Origin: an uncultured Bacteroidales bacterium
GTDB taxonomy: Bacteria; Bacteroidota; Bacteroidia; Bacteroidales; Muribaculaceae
Direction: 5' to 3'
Assembly (NCBI GenBank): GCA_902782545.1
Contig: CACZNP010000174.1
Location: forward strand, 1 to 37,582
DNA: 37,582 bases
Both the position numbers and the translations under genes were made by a program. A model generated the notes under the pieces. It did no database searches. It was given only the letters and a program-made list of their open reading frames with translations, and had not been told where the DNA came from. Position 1 is the stretch's first letter; every line of letters starts with the position of its first letter. Positions 9,684 to 17,435 of the stretch are shown piece by piece.

Positions 9684-10697
9684 TCACGGGGCAGGAATCT
9701 CGAAATTGCAATAGGTCGATTGGTTGGCACGCACCGTGACGGGTTTCGGCTCGGACTCTCGTCCCTGCACCACCACCTGGTATTGGCCGGGTTGGAGGTT
9801 GGGGAACCAGAAGAAGCCGTTGTTCAAATTGTCGATGCGGTACTGTCCCACAGTGCGGCCGCGTTTGTCGAGCAGGGTCACAGTGAGGCGATTGGCCGGC
9901 TGGAGCAAATCCTTGTCAAAGGCCTTGTAGGTGGTGTCGGTGCGCTCGCATTGATGGCGCACCAATCCTGCCACTACGCCGGTTTTTCCTTTTTTGGCTC
10001 GGCCAAAATACTCATCGATGGCGAGCGACTGGTTCCACCCCTCAAGGCGGCAGAAATCGTCATTGAGTTTCCGACAACGCTCAGGCACATAGTCAAAGAA
10101 CGATCCCTCGCACAGCATTCCGGGCAGTTTGTTGTAGCGCAACACACCCAGACCGGTTTTATAGCCCCAGTTCTTGTAAAACGACCAGTCGCCCCAGTCT
10201 TTGGGCGAGTGGGTCCACACGGTGGTGGTGTTGGCTTGGAGGTGCTTTTTCATGGCGCGGGCAATGCTGTCCGAACCTTCAACGGCCGGCTCGCCGTTCC
10301 AGCCACGATACAGCGACAAGGTGTAGTTGAGCCGCGCGGGTGTGCCGGTGGCATTGCTGTGGACCGAGAGGAACAGGTCAGCACCGCTGTTGGCTGCCAG
10401 GGCCACCACCTCATACAGGTCCAGATCATCGTCACTGGTGTTGCCCTCACGGGTGATACGCACCTCGTAGCCCTTGTCTTCGAGGTTTTTCTTCAGCCCT
10501 TGCGCGGTGGCGAGGTTGGAGTCGCTCTCATAGTAAGTGACGGTGTCGCCCACTGTCCACAGGTAGAAGGGTGTGGGGCGGTCGTTGCTGTCATGGCCAC
10601 CATGGCCAGGGTTGAGGAACACACGGGGCACATCGCGACCCATGGTCAGCAGTACGGTGGTGGCCAGCAGGATGGTGAGGTAGATATAACGTTTCAT
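9684..10697 (-). CDS. Exported N-acetylmuramoyl-L-alanine amidase (Amidase_3 + carboxypeptidase-regulatory-like domain, no T9SS CTD)
   Basis: Signal peptide; FLNPGHGG, YESDSN, LSVHSNA, LCEGSFFD. Paralog of the first ~340 aa of 6125..8545. Start overlaps the upstream stop (ATGA). Confidence 0.85.
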   Translation of the reverse strand: MKRYIYLTILLATTVLLTMGRDVPRVFLNPGHGGHDSNDRPTPFYLWTVGDTVTYYESDSNLATAQGLKKNLEDKGYEVRITREGNTSDDDLDLYEVVALAANSGADLFLSVHSNATGTPARLNYTLSLYRGWNGEPAVEGSDSIARAMKKHLQANTTTVWTHSPKDWGDWSFYKNWGYKTGLGVLRYNKLPGMLCEGSFFDYVPERCRKLNDDFCRLEGWNQSLAIDEYFGRAKKGKTGVVAGLVRHQCERTDTTYKAFDKDLLQPANRLTVTLLDKRGRTVGQYRIDNLNNGFFWFPNLQPGQYQVVVQGRESEPKPVTVRANQSTYCNFEIPAP

Positions 10698-11629
10698 GGT
10701 TTTGGCTGGATTAGAATGGGTTGTGGAGAATTCTCTGAACCGTCGCTGGGGTTCAGCAGGTGAATGACACCTTCTTTGGTGGTATACAGGATTTTGCCGC
10801 TTGCAGTGACCGTGGGCTGAATGCAGCCATCCTCGGCAGTGAGTGTCTGGCAGTCGCTGCCATCGGCCTGGAGAAGGATGATGCCCGATCGCATATCACG
10901 CTGGACATTGCCGTTGTTGCCCATGGCCACAATGCGACTGTCGTCGAGCCACGAAGGCATGAGACACTTCTGCAAGCGTTGCAGCACACGGCCTTGGAGA
11001 TCACACACATAGAGCCCACGCGCCACAGCCTCGAACAGCACTTTGCTGCCATCGGGCGACACCTGTGCCCACAGATAGCCGGCACATTCCCCGGCAGGCT
11101 GCAACACGGTTTCACGGCCATCGGCCACGAGGTGAAGGTGCGACCCACGTGTGAAAGCGTAGGTGCCCACACGCTTGGCACTCTGATAGGTTTTCTTCTC
11201 TCCCACTATCACCACATCGGGGCCCACCCGCAGCACAACCATCTGGCCGTGTTGCGCCTTGAGCACCACACGATGCTGGCCGGTGGCGGGGTCATAGCAC
11301 CAACCGGTGCGGTAGACCAGCCCGTTTTTTTTGCGTTCCTGGGTAACATAGTAGATGCGGCCTTGCGCATCGAAACGCGCGTCAAAGCCGGGATAATGCT
11401 TGTCGGCCACCACTTGGGCATGATGGGTGGCTGGGTCGAACAAGGTCAGCACGGATCCCTCGGTGTTGGAATAAAGCAGGAATTTCCCATCATCACTCAT
11501 TTGCGGGAAATAGGCTGCGCTGTCGGTGGCACAGGTCATCAAGGAGAAGGCTTGTGAGGAGGTTTGTGCTCCCACAACGGCACCCATTCCCATAGCCACG
11601 ACAAGCAGCGCCAATAGTCTTTTTTTCAT
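10694..11629 (-). CDS. Exported TolB-like beta-propeller protein (copy 1)
   Basis: SPI signal ending VGA-Q. Blades YFPQMSDDGKFLLY, WAQVSPDGSKVLF, MPSWLD, IQPTV. Paralog of 8567..9457. Confidence 0.7.
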   Translation of the reverse strand: MKKRLLALLVVAMGMGAVVGAQTSSQAFSLMTCATDSAAYFPQMSDDGKFLLYSNTEGSVLTLFDPATHHAQVVADKHYPGFDARFDAQGRIYYVTQERKKNGLVYRTGWCYDPATGQHRVVLKAQHGQMVVLRVGPDVVIVGEKKTYQSAKRVGTYAFTRGSHLHLVADGRETVLQPAGECAGYLWAQVSPDGSKVLFEAVARGLYVCDLQGRVLQRLQKCLMPSWLDDSRIVAMGNNGNVQRDMRSGIILLQADGSDCQTLTAEDGCIQPTVTASGKILYTTKEGVIHLLNPSDGSENSPQPILIQPKP

Positions 11630-11670
11630 GCGAATTAGTAGTGTTTTGGATTCATATTTCTTTCAGAAAG

Positions 11671-11739
11671 CAAAAATAACACTTTACGAAGGAATATTGG
11701 CAGCATATGGCTGATTTTTGTTTTTTTTCAGTAACTTTG
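11671..11739. promoter_or_regulatory. Divergent sigma-A -7 elements: TATTTTTG on - (11671-11678) for propeller 1 / amidase, and TAACTTTG on + (11732-11739) for pepD
   Basis: Both match TAnnTTTG and lie in the AT-rich divergent spacer. The -33 elements are imperfect. Confidence 0.55.
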
Positions 11740-11753
11740 TCTCTCAGAAAAAT

Positions 11754-13220
11754 ATGAAATCCTTAAAAAATGATATGACGATGAAACAACGACCCACCAC
11801 CCAACGAGTGTTTGAGATTTTCAAGGAGTTGAACCAAATTCCGCGACCGTCGCACCACGAAGAGCGAGTTGCCGACTATCTGTGCCGGTTTGCCGAGCGG
11901 CTACATCTGGAGTACGACCGCGACAAAGAGAACTGTGTGGTCATCCGCAAGCCAGCCACCCCTGGCCATGAGCAGGCCGAGCCCATTGTACTGCTCAACC
12001 ACATGGACATGGTGTGTGTGGGAATGAACGACCCGCTCAACACACCCATCGAGGCTGTGGTCGAAGGCGGATGGATGAAAGCCCGCGGCACATCGCTGGG
12101 TGCCGACAACGGCATTGGGCTATCGATGGCACTGGCTGTGCTGGAAAGCGACGACATTGAGCACGGGCCATTGGAGGTCATCACCACCACCAACGAGGAA
12201 GACGGCATGAGCGGGGCATCGCAATTGGCTCCCGACTTCATCAGCGGACGCAAGGTCATCAATCTGGACTCGGAAGACTACGACACCATCACCACCGGAG
12301 CGGCTGGGGCCTGCCTGCAGTTTCACCGCATCCCGCTCACTCGCCAGCCGGCGCCTGTCGATGGGTTCAGTTGGTATCGCATCGGGTTCGAAGGGGGGCT
12401 GGGAGGCCATTCGGGCGTTGACATCAACAAGGGGCGCGCCAGTGCTGTGGTGCTCATGTGGGCTGTGCTGGCAGCCATCTACAACGAATGCGACCCACTG
12501 GTGAGCGACATCCGTGTGGGCGAGGCCAACGCCAGCATCGCATCGAGCGGATATGCCATCATCGCTGTGCCCACGGGCGAGGCGGCCCAGTGGGTCGAGG
12601 CCCAGCAAGACAGCATGAACCAATGGCTGCGGAGCGAGTATGGCAAAAATGACCCCCAGGTGTGTTGCCACATCGAGCCTTGCGAGCCGCAACCCCACGT
12701 CATCAACCCCAAAGCCTTCTACTCGTTGATGAGCAGCCTGGAACAGACACCACAGGGTGTGGTGCGCATGAGCGACACGATGCGCGACACGGTCGAGACC
12801 TCGAACAATGTGGGACGCATCGTCATGGAAGACGACCATATCTTTGTGAGCACTCACACGCGCAGTTTCATCGACAATGACATGGAAACGCTCAGCAAGC
12901 AGATTGCCGCCCATTTTGCCCATGCAGGGGCCACCAGCGAGGTGGTCATGCAGGCTCCGGCATGGCAGGAGAACCAGCATTCGGCATTCCTGCAACTCAC
13001 CAGCGACACTTTCAACGACGTGCTGGGCTGGCGACCGCGCATGGTGGCCATGCATTTTGTGCTCGAGGCAGGATTCTTTGTCCAGCACTACCCGGGCATC
13101 GAGATTGCCAGCATTGGGCCGCGCATTGTGGAGCCGCACTCCACCAGCGAGCGCGTGGAACTCAAGACCATCGAGGACATTTGGCAAGTGCTGCTCGAGT
13201 TGCTTCACCGTCTTGCCTGA
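11754..13220 (+). CDS. pepD: M20C aminoacyl-histidine dipeptidase (PepD family), divergent
   Basis: IPRPSHHE, HMDMV, LGADNGIG, NEEDGMSGA, NLDSED, GGHSG, VETSNN, SIGP, HSTSERV. Start is ATG 11754, 11775 or 11781. Confidence 0.85.
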   Translation: MKSLKNDMTMKQRPTTQRVFEIFKELNQIPRPSHHEERVADYLCRFAERLHLEYDRDKENCVVIRKPATPGHEQAEPIVLLNHMDMVCVGMNDPLNTPIEAVVEGGWMKARGTSLGADNGIGLSMALAVLESDDIEHGPLEVITTTNEEDGMSGASQLAPDFISGRKVINLDSEDYDTITTGAAGACLQFHRIPLTRQPAPVDGFSWYRIGFEGGLGGHSGVDINKGRASAVVLMWAVLAAIYNECDPLVSDIRVGEANASIASSGYAIIAVPTGEAAQWVEAQQDSMNQWLRSEYGKNDPQVCCHIEPCEPQPHVINPKAFYSLMSSLEQTPQGVVRMSDTMRDTVETSNNVGRIVMEDDHIFVSTHTRSFIDNDMETLSKQIAAHFAHAGATSEVVMQAPAWQENQHSAFLQLTSDTFNDVLGWRPRMVAMHFVLEAGFFVQHYPGIEIASIGPRIVEPHSTSERVELKTIEDIWQVLLELLHRLA

Positions 13221-13250
13221 CGGCCCACCCTACTCCACCTTTGTAACACT

Positions 13251-13287
13251 ATCGCGGCTGCCCATTGGTAGAATGGACAGCCGCGAT
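13251..13287. terminator. Hairpin between convergent pepD and the T9SS cargo gene (likely bidirectional terminator)
   Basis: ATCGCGGCTG-C-CCATT / AATGG-A-CAGCCGCGAT. No strong U-tract. Confidence 0.6.
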
Positions 13288-13310
13288 GATGATTCTGTGC
13301 CGTGACAACG

Positions 13311-14486
13311 TCAGCGCACCACCTTTTCCACGGAACGGGTGCCGTCGGTGTAGGTGCGCACCACGATGTTCATGCCATCGTGGGCATTGGCACTGGCTTG
13401 GCCAGCCAGGTTGTAGTAACGCTCAGTGGCCACGGTTTTAGATGCGTTCACATCAGCGACACCGGTCACCGAACCAGTGATGGTCGAACCCACATAATAC
13501 CAATTGTAGTAACTGGGTTCATCGGGCTTGCCGTTGATGAGCAGTGAGGTTTCCTGCACAAACTCGTTGGACGACGCATCATACGACATCACCACGTTGC
13601 AGGCTTTGGTATTGTCGGCAGTAACCCCCAACAAATACATATCGTACACTCCAAAATACGAGCCAAAGTACTGTCCAATTTCGAACTCGTATTTGTCGCC
13701 GTTCTTCGAGCCCTTGACCCACGCCTCGGGCAGATAGTTGCAAAGGCCTTGGATGTACACATCATCGCCGTCAAAGCCTACGTTCAGGTCGGCACTGTAA
13801 TCGGTGAAACTGATGCCTGTGGAGGCGTTGTAATGCAGTTCTTGGGCATTGTAGGCATAGGACTTGGCGACCAAACCGGCAGGCGGAATCACCACATGCA
13901 CTTCTCCGAGGTCACCCTTGTAAACCTCCAGGGGGTCCCAATAGCCCCAATAGTCGATATAGTCATTGGCATTTTTGTTTTCAATCAAATGATTATCCAG
14001 GGTAAACGTCTGGTTCTCTTCATCATAAGAAAACACAATGTCGGCGAAATCCACATAGTCGTTGGTGCCGCACATGAATTCGTCACCAAAGCCATCGGTA
14101 CCCACATACTGTCCCGAGGGGAACACCGCCTTGGTGCCACTCGCGCTGATAATGAGTTGACCTTTCATCCAAGCGTCCTCATAAAAATAGGCCAAGCCTT
14201 GGATGTAGACATCATCGCCATCAAAGGCCACCTGGGCTGCAAACTCCTCGTCGGCCGAACTCCCCATGGCTTTGAATGTGCCTTTGATAATCCAGTCTCT
14301 CTCAATGGTCACACCTTCGGGTACGGTAACCAAGTCGGCTTCACTCAACAAGCGGGGAGCCTTAGCGGAACCACTTTTGAGTTGGGACTTGAAAACGGCT
14401 TTCTGCGACAGAGCCTGCGGGTGTTGGGCCTGCGAAAGGAGGCAAACCAGCAGTGCCATGGCAATCAATGCGTAGATTTTTTTCAT
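13311..14486 (-). CDS. Secreted protein of unknown function with two tandem ~140 aa repeats and a T9SS-like C-terminal domain
   Basis: Start reassigned to ATG 14486 (MKKIYAL..., signal ending SQA-Q). Repeat motif FDGDDVYIQGL...AWxKG...GQYxG occurs twice. C-terminus TGVADV...RYYNLAGQ...GMNIVVRTYTDGTRSVEKVVR. Confidence 0.75.
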   Translation of the reverse strand: MKKIYALIAMALLVCLLSQAQHPQALSQKAVFKSQLKSGSAKAPRLLSEADLVTVPEGVTIERDWIIKGTFKAMGSSADEEFAAQVAFDGDDVYIQGLAYFYEDAWMKGQLIISASGTKAVFPSGQYVGTDGFGDEFMCGTNDYVDFADIVFSYDEENQTFTLDNHLIENKNANDYIDYWGYWDPLEVYKGDLGEVHVVIPPAGLVAKSYAYNAQELHYNASTGISFTDYSADLNVGFDGDDVYIQGLCNYLPEAWVKGSKNGDKYEFEIGQYFGSYFGVYDMYLLGVTADNTKACNVVMSYDASSNEFVQETSLLINGKPDEPSYYNWYYVGSTITGSVTGVADVNASKTVATERYYNLAGQASANAHDGMNIVVRTYTDGTRSVEKVVR

Positions 14487-14534
14487 AACTGTCAATTTTA
14501 ATGAATAATTAGTGTCGTTGTTGAAAGATTTGCG

Positions 14535-14624
14535 CAAAAATACACAAAAATACCCCACCACACAACGATTGTTGCGAACAAACCGAGAAAACTTTGCAAC
14601 AATGGAAATCATTCACTAATTTTG
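14535..14624. promoter_or_regulatory. Divergent promoters: two TATTTTTG -7 boxes on - (14535-14542, 14545-14552) and TTTG-N20-TAATTTTG on + (14593-14624) for gmd
   Basis: Direct matches to the Bacteroides -33/-7 consensus. Confidence 0.6.
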
Positions 14625-14649
14625 CGTATCAAACAACTATCCATCTATC

Positions 14650-15711
14650 ATGAACGAGAACAATCAACGAGTGGCTCTCATCACTGGCATCACCGGACAG
14701 GATGGCAGTTACTTGGCCGAACTGCTCCTCGACAAGGGTTACGAGGTGCACGGCATCTTGCGGCGAAGCAGCAGTTTCAACACCGGGCGCATTGAGCACC
14801 TGTACCTGGACGAATGGGTGCGCGACATGAAGCGCCGACGCCTCATCAACCTGCACTACGGCGACATGACCGACTCAAGCAGCCTCATCCGCATCATCGC
14901 CACGGTGAAGCCCGACGAAATCTATAACCTGGCCGCACAAAGCCATGTGAAGGTGTCGTTCGACGTGCCCGAGTACACCGCCGACGTCGATGCATCAGGA
15001 ACATTGCGGCTCATCGAGGCCGTGCGCATCACAGGACGCGAAAAACTCACACGCATCTACCAGGCAAGCACCAGCGAACTCTACGGCAAGGTGCAGGAAG
15101 TGCCACAGAGCGAAACCACCCCGTTCTATCCGCGCAGCCCCTATGCCGTGGCCAAACTCTATGCTTTCTGGATCATGAAAAACTATCGGGAGAGTTACGG
15201 CATGTACTGTGCCAACGGCATCCTGTTCAACCACGAGAGCGAGCGCCGTGGCGAGACTTTCGTGACACGGAAAATCACCATGGCGGCGGCACGTATCGCA
15301 CAAGGACGGCAAGACAAACTCTATCTGGGCAACCTCAACGCACGGCGCGACTGGGGCTACGCACGCGACTATGTGGAATGCATGTGGCTCATCATGCAAC
15401 AACCCGAGCCGGACGACTATGTGATTGCCACGGGCGAGTATCACACTGTGCGCGAGTTTTGCACACTGGCCTTCCACTATGCCGGCATCGAACTTGACTG
15501 GCAAGGCGAAGGACTGAACGAGCAGGGTGTGGAGCACGGCACCGGACGGGTGCTGGTGGAGGTGGATCCCAAGTATTTCAGGCCCGCCGAGGTGGAACAG
15601 TTGCTGGGCGACCCCACCAAGGCCAAGCAGAAACTGGGATGGAACCCCCAAAAAACCTCATTCGACCAACTGGTGCGGCTCATGGTGGAGCATGACCTGA
15701 AAAACGTGTAA
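14650..15711 (+). CDS. gmd: GDP-mannose 4,6-dehydratase
   Basis: [66 protein letters not shown]. Confidence 0.97.
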   Translation: MNENNQRVALITGITGQDGSYLAELLLDKGYEVHGILRRSSSFNTGRIEHLYLDEWVRDMKRRRLINLHYGDMTDSSSLIRIIATVKPDEIYNLAAQSHVKVSFDVPEYTADVDASGTLRLIEAVRITGREKLTRIYQASTSELYGKVQEVPQSETTPFYPRSPYAVAKLYAFWIMKNYRESYGMYCANGILFNHESERRGETFVTRKITMAAARIAQGRQDKLYLGNLNARRDWGYARDYVECMWLIMQQPEPDDYVIATGEYHTVREFCTLAFHYAGIELDWQGEGLNEQGVEHGTGRVLVEVDPKYFRPAEVEQLLGDPTKAKQKLGWNPQKTSFDQLVRLMVEHDLKNV

Positions 15712-16793
15712 TGATGAACAAAGACAGCAAAATCTATGTGGCCGGGCACCGAGGACTGGTGGGATCGGCCATTTGGCGGAACCTGGAGCAAAAAGGATAT
15801 AGCAGGCTGGTGGGACGCACACACGCCGAACTCGACCTGATGGACGGCAGCGCCGTGCGACAGTTCTTCGATGACGAGCAACCAGAATATGTGGTGCTGG
15901 CCGCGGCACACGTGGGAGGCATCATGGCCAACCTCAAGTACCGGGCCGACTTCATCTACCAAAACCTGCAAATCCAGCAAAACGTCATTGGCGAGAGTTG
16001 GCGGCATGGTGTCAAGAAACTGCTTTTCCTGGGGTCCACCTGCATCTATCCGCGCGAAGCGCCACAGCCCATCCCCGAGACAGCACTGCTCACCTCGCCA
16101 CTGGAATACACCAACGAGCCCTATGCCATCGCCAAAATTGCCGGGCTGAAGATGTGCGAGAGTTTTAACCTGCAGTATGGCACCAACTACATCGCCGTGA
16201 TGCCCACCAACCTGTACGGGCCGCGCGACAACTTCAATCTGGAAACCAGCCACGTGATGCCGGCCATGATCCGCAAGATGCACTTGGCAAAGATGCTCAA
16301 CGAAGGAAACTGGGAAGGACTGCGCGCCGACTTGGACGGCCGTCCCGTGGAGGGTGTCGACGGCAAGGCAAGCAACCCACAAATCATCGACATGCTGGCA
16401 AAATATGGCATTCACAGTGACCACTTGTTGCTGTGGGGAACCGGGAAACCCATTCGCGAGTTCCTGTGGAGCGAAGACATGGCCGATGCCAGCGTCTACT
16501 GCCTGGAGCATATCGACTTTGACGACGTGAAAGGCGACAACCCCGATGTGCGGAACTGCCACATCAACATTGGCAGCGGCGTGGAAATCACCATTAGGCA
16601 ACTCGCCGAACTGGTGCAACGCACCGTTGCCTACAACGGCCGCGTGGACTGGGATGCCACCAAACCCGACGGCACCCTGCGCAAACTCACCGACGTGAGC
16701 CGACTTCACAGCCTGGGATGGCGCCACCGCATGGAAATTGAGGATGGTGTGCCGGCATTGTACCACTGGTACCTCAACTCACTGCAACCATGA
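15711..16793 (+). CDS. fcl: GDP-L-fucose synthase
   Basis: IYVAGHRGLVGSA, AAAHVGGI, FLGSTCIYP, LEYTNEPYAIAK, PTNLYG, SHV. TAATG overlap with gmd. Confidence 0.95.
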   Translation: MMNKDSKIYVAGHRGLVGSAIWRNLEQKGYSRLVGRTHAELDLMDGSAVRQFFDDEQPEYVVLAAAHVGGIMANLKYRADFIYQNLQIQQNVIGESWRHGVKKLLFLGSTCIYPREAPQPIPETALLTSPLEYTNEPYAIAKIAGLKMCESFNLQYGTNYIAVMPTNLYGPRDNFNLETSHVMPAMIRKMHLAKMLNEGNWEGLRADLDGRPVEGVDGKASNPQIIDMLAKYGIHSDHLLLWGTGKPIREFLWSEDMADASVYCLEHIDFDDVKGDNPDVRNCHINIGSGVEITIRQLAELVQRTVAYNGRVDWDATKPDGTLRKLTDVSRLHSLGWRHRMEIEDGVPALYHWYLNSLQP

Positions 16794-17359
16794 GCAAGGA
16801 AATCAAGAAGTGGACCACGCTGTCGAGCCGCTACATCATCCAGCGGCCGTGGCTCACGGCACGGGTCGACGAGGTGCAATTGCCCGACGGCCGTGTCAAC
16901 CCCGAGCACTATGTGCTGGAATACCCCGACTGGGTGAACGTCATCGCCATCACCCAAGAAGGCGACTTCGTGATGATACGCCAATACCGACACGCCATGG
17001 ACGTGGTGCTGCTGGAATTGTGCGCCGGAGTGGCCGAGCAAGGCGAGACCCCAGAACAGGCCGCACGGCGCGAATTGCGCGAAGAGACGGGCTACGGCGG
17101 CGGCAAGTGGCAGGAAATCATGACCATCGGGCAAAACCCCAGCATCTGCGACAACATCACCCACTGTTTTCTCGCCGAGGGGGTGGAGAAACTGGGCGAC
17201 CAACAACTCGATGACAGCGAGGACATCGAAGTGTTGCTCATGACCCGCCAACAAGTCTATGACGTCCTCAACGGCAATCACATGCTCCAAGCCCTCATGG
17301 CAGCACCCCTCTGGCGATACTTCGCCCAGCATCCTTCACCACAAAAGCAAGGCAAATAA
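16790..17359 (+). CDS. Nudix hydrolase, ADP-ribose/NDP-sugar pyrophosphatase (NudF/NudK-like)
   Basis: Canonical Nudix box GVAEQGETPEQAARRELREETG; RQYRH; NP downstream of the box; LDDSEDI. ATGA overlap with fcl. Confidence 0.85.
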   Translation: MSKEIKKWTTLSSRYIIQRPWLTARVDEVQLPDGRVNPEHYVLEYPDWVNVIAITQEGDFVMIRQYRHAMDVVLLELCAGVAEQGETPEQAARRELREETGYGGGKWQEIMTIGQNPSICDNITHCFLAEGVEKLGDQQLDDSEDIEVLLMTRQQVYDVLNGNHMLQALMAAPLWRYFAQHPSPQKQGK

Positions 17360-17371
17360 CCGTTTCTTACA

Positions 17372-17419
17372 AATAACACGTGGGGGTGAGTGCTGTAACA
17401 CTCACCCCCACGGTGTATT
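17372..17419. terminator. Strong hairpin between the convergent gmd-fcl-Nudix and nuo/atp operons (bidirectional terminator)
   Basis: 14-bp perfect stem CGTGGGGGTGAGTG (17379-17392) / CACTCACCCCCACG (17399-17412) with AT-rich flanks. Confidence 0.85.
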
Positions 17420-17435
17420 AATGCCTGTCAATGTA

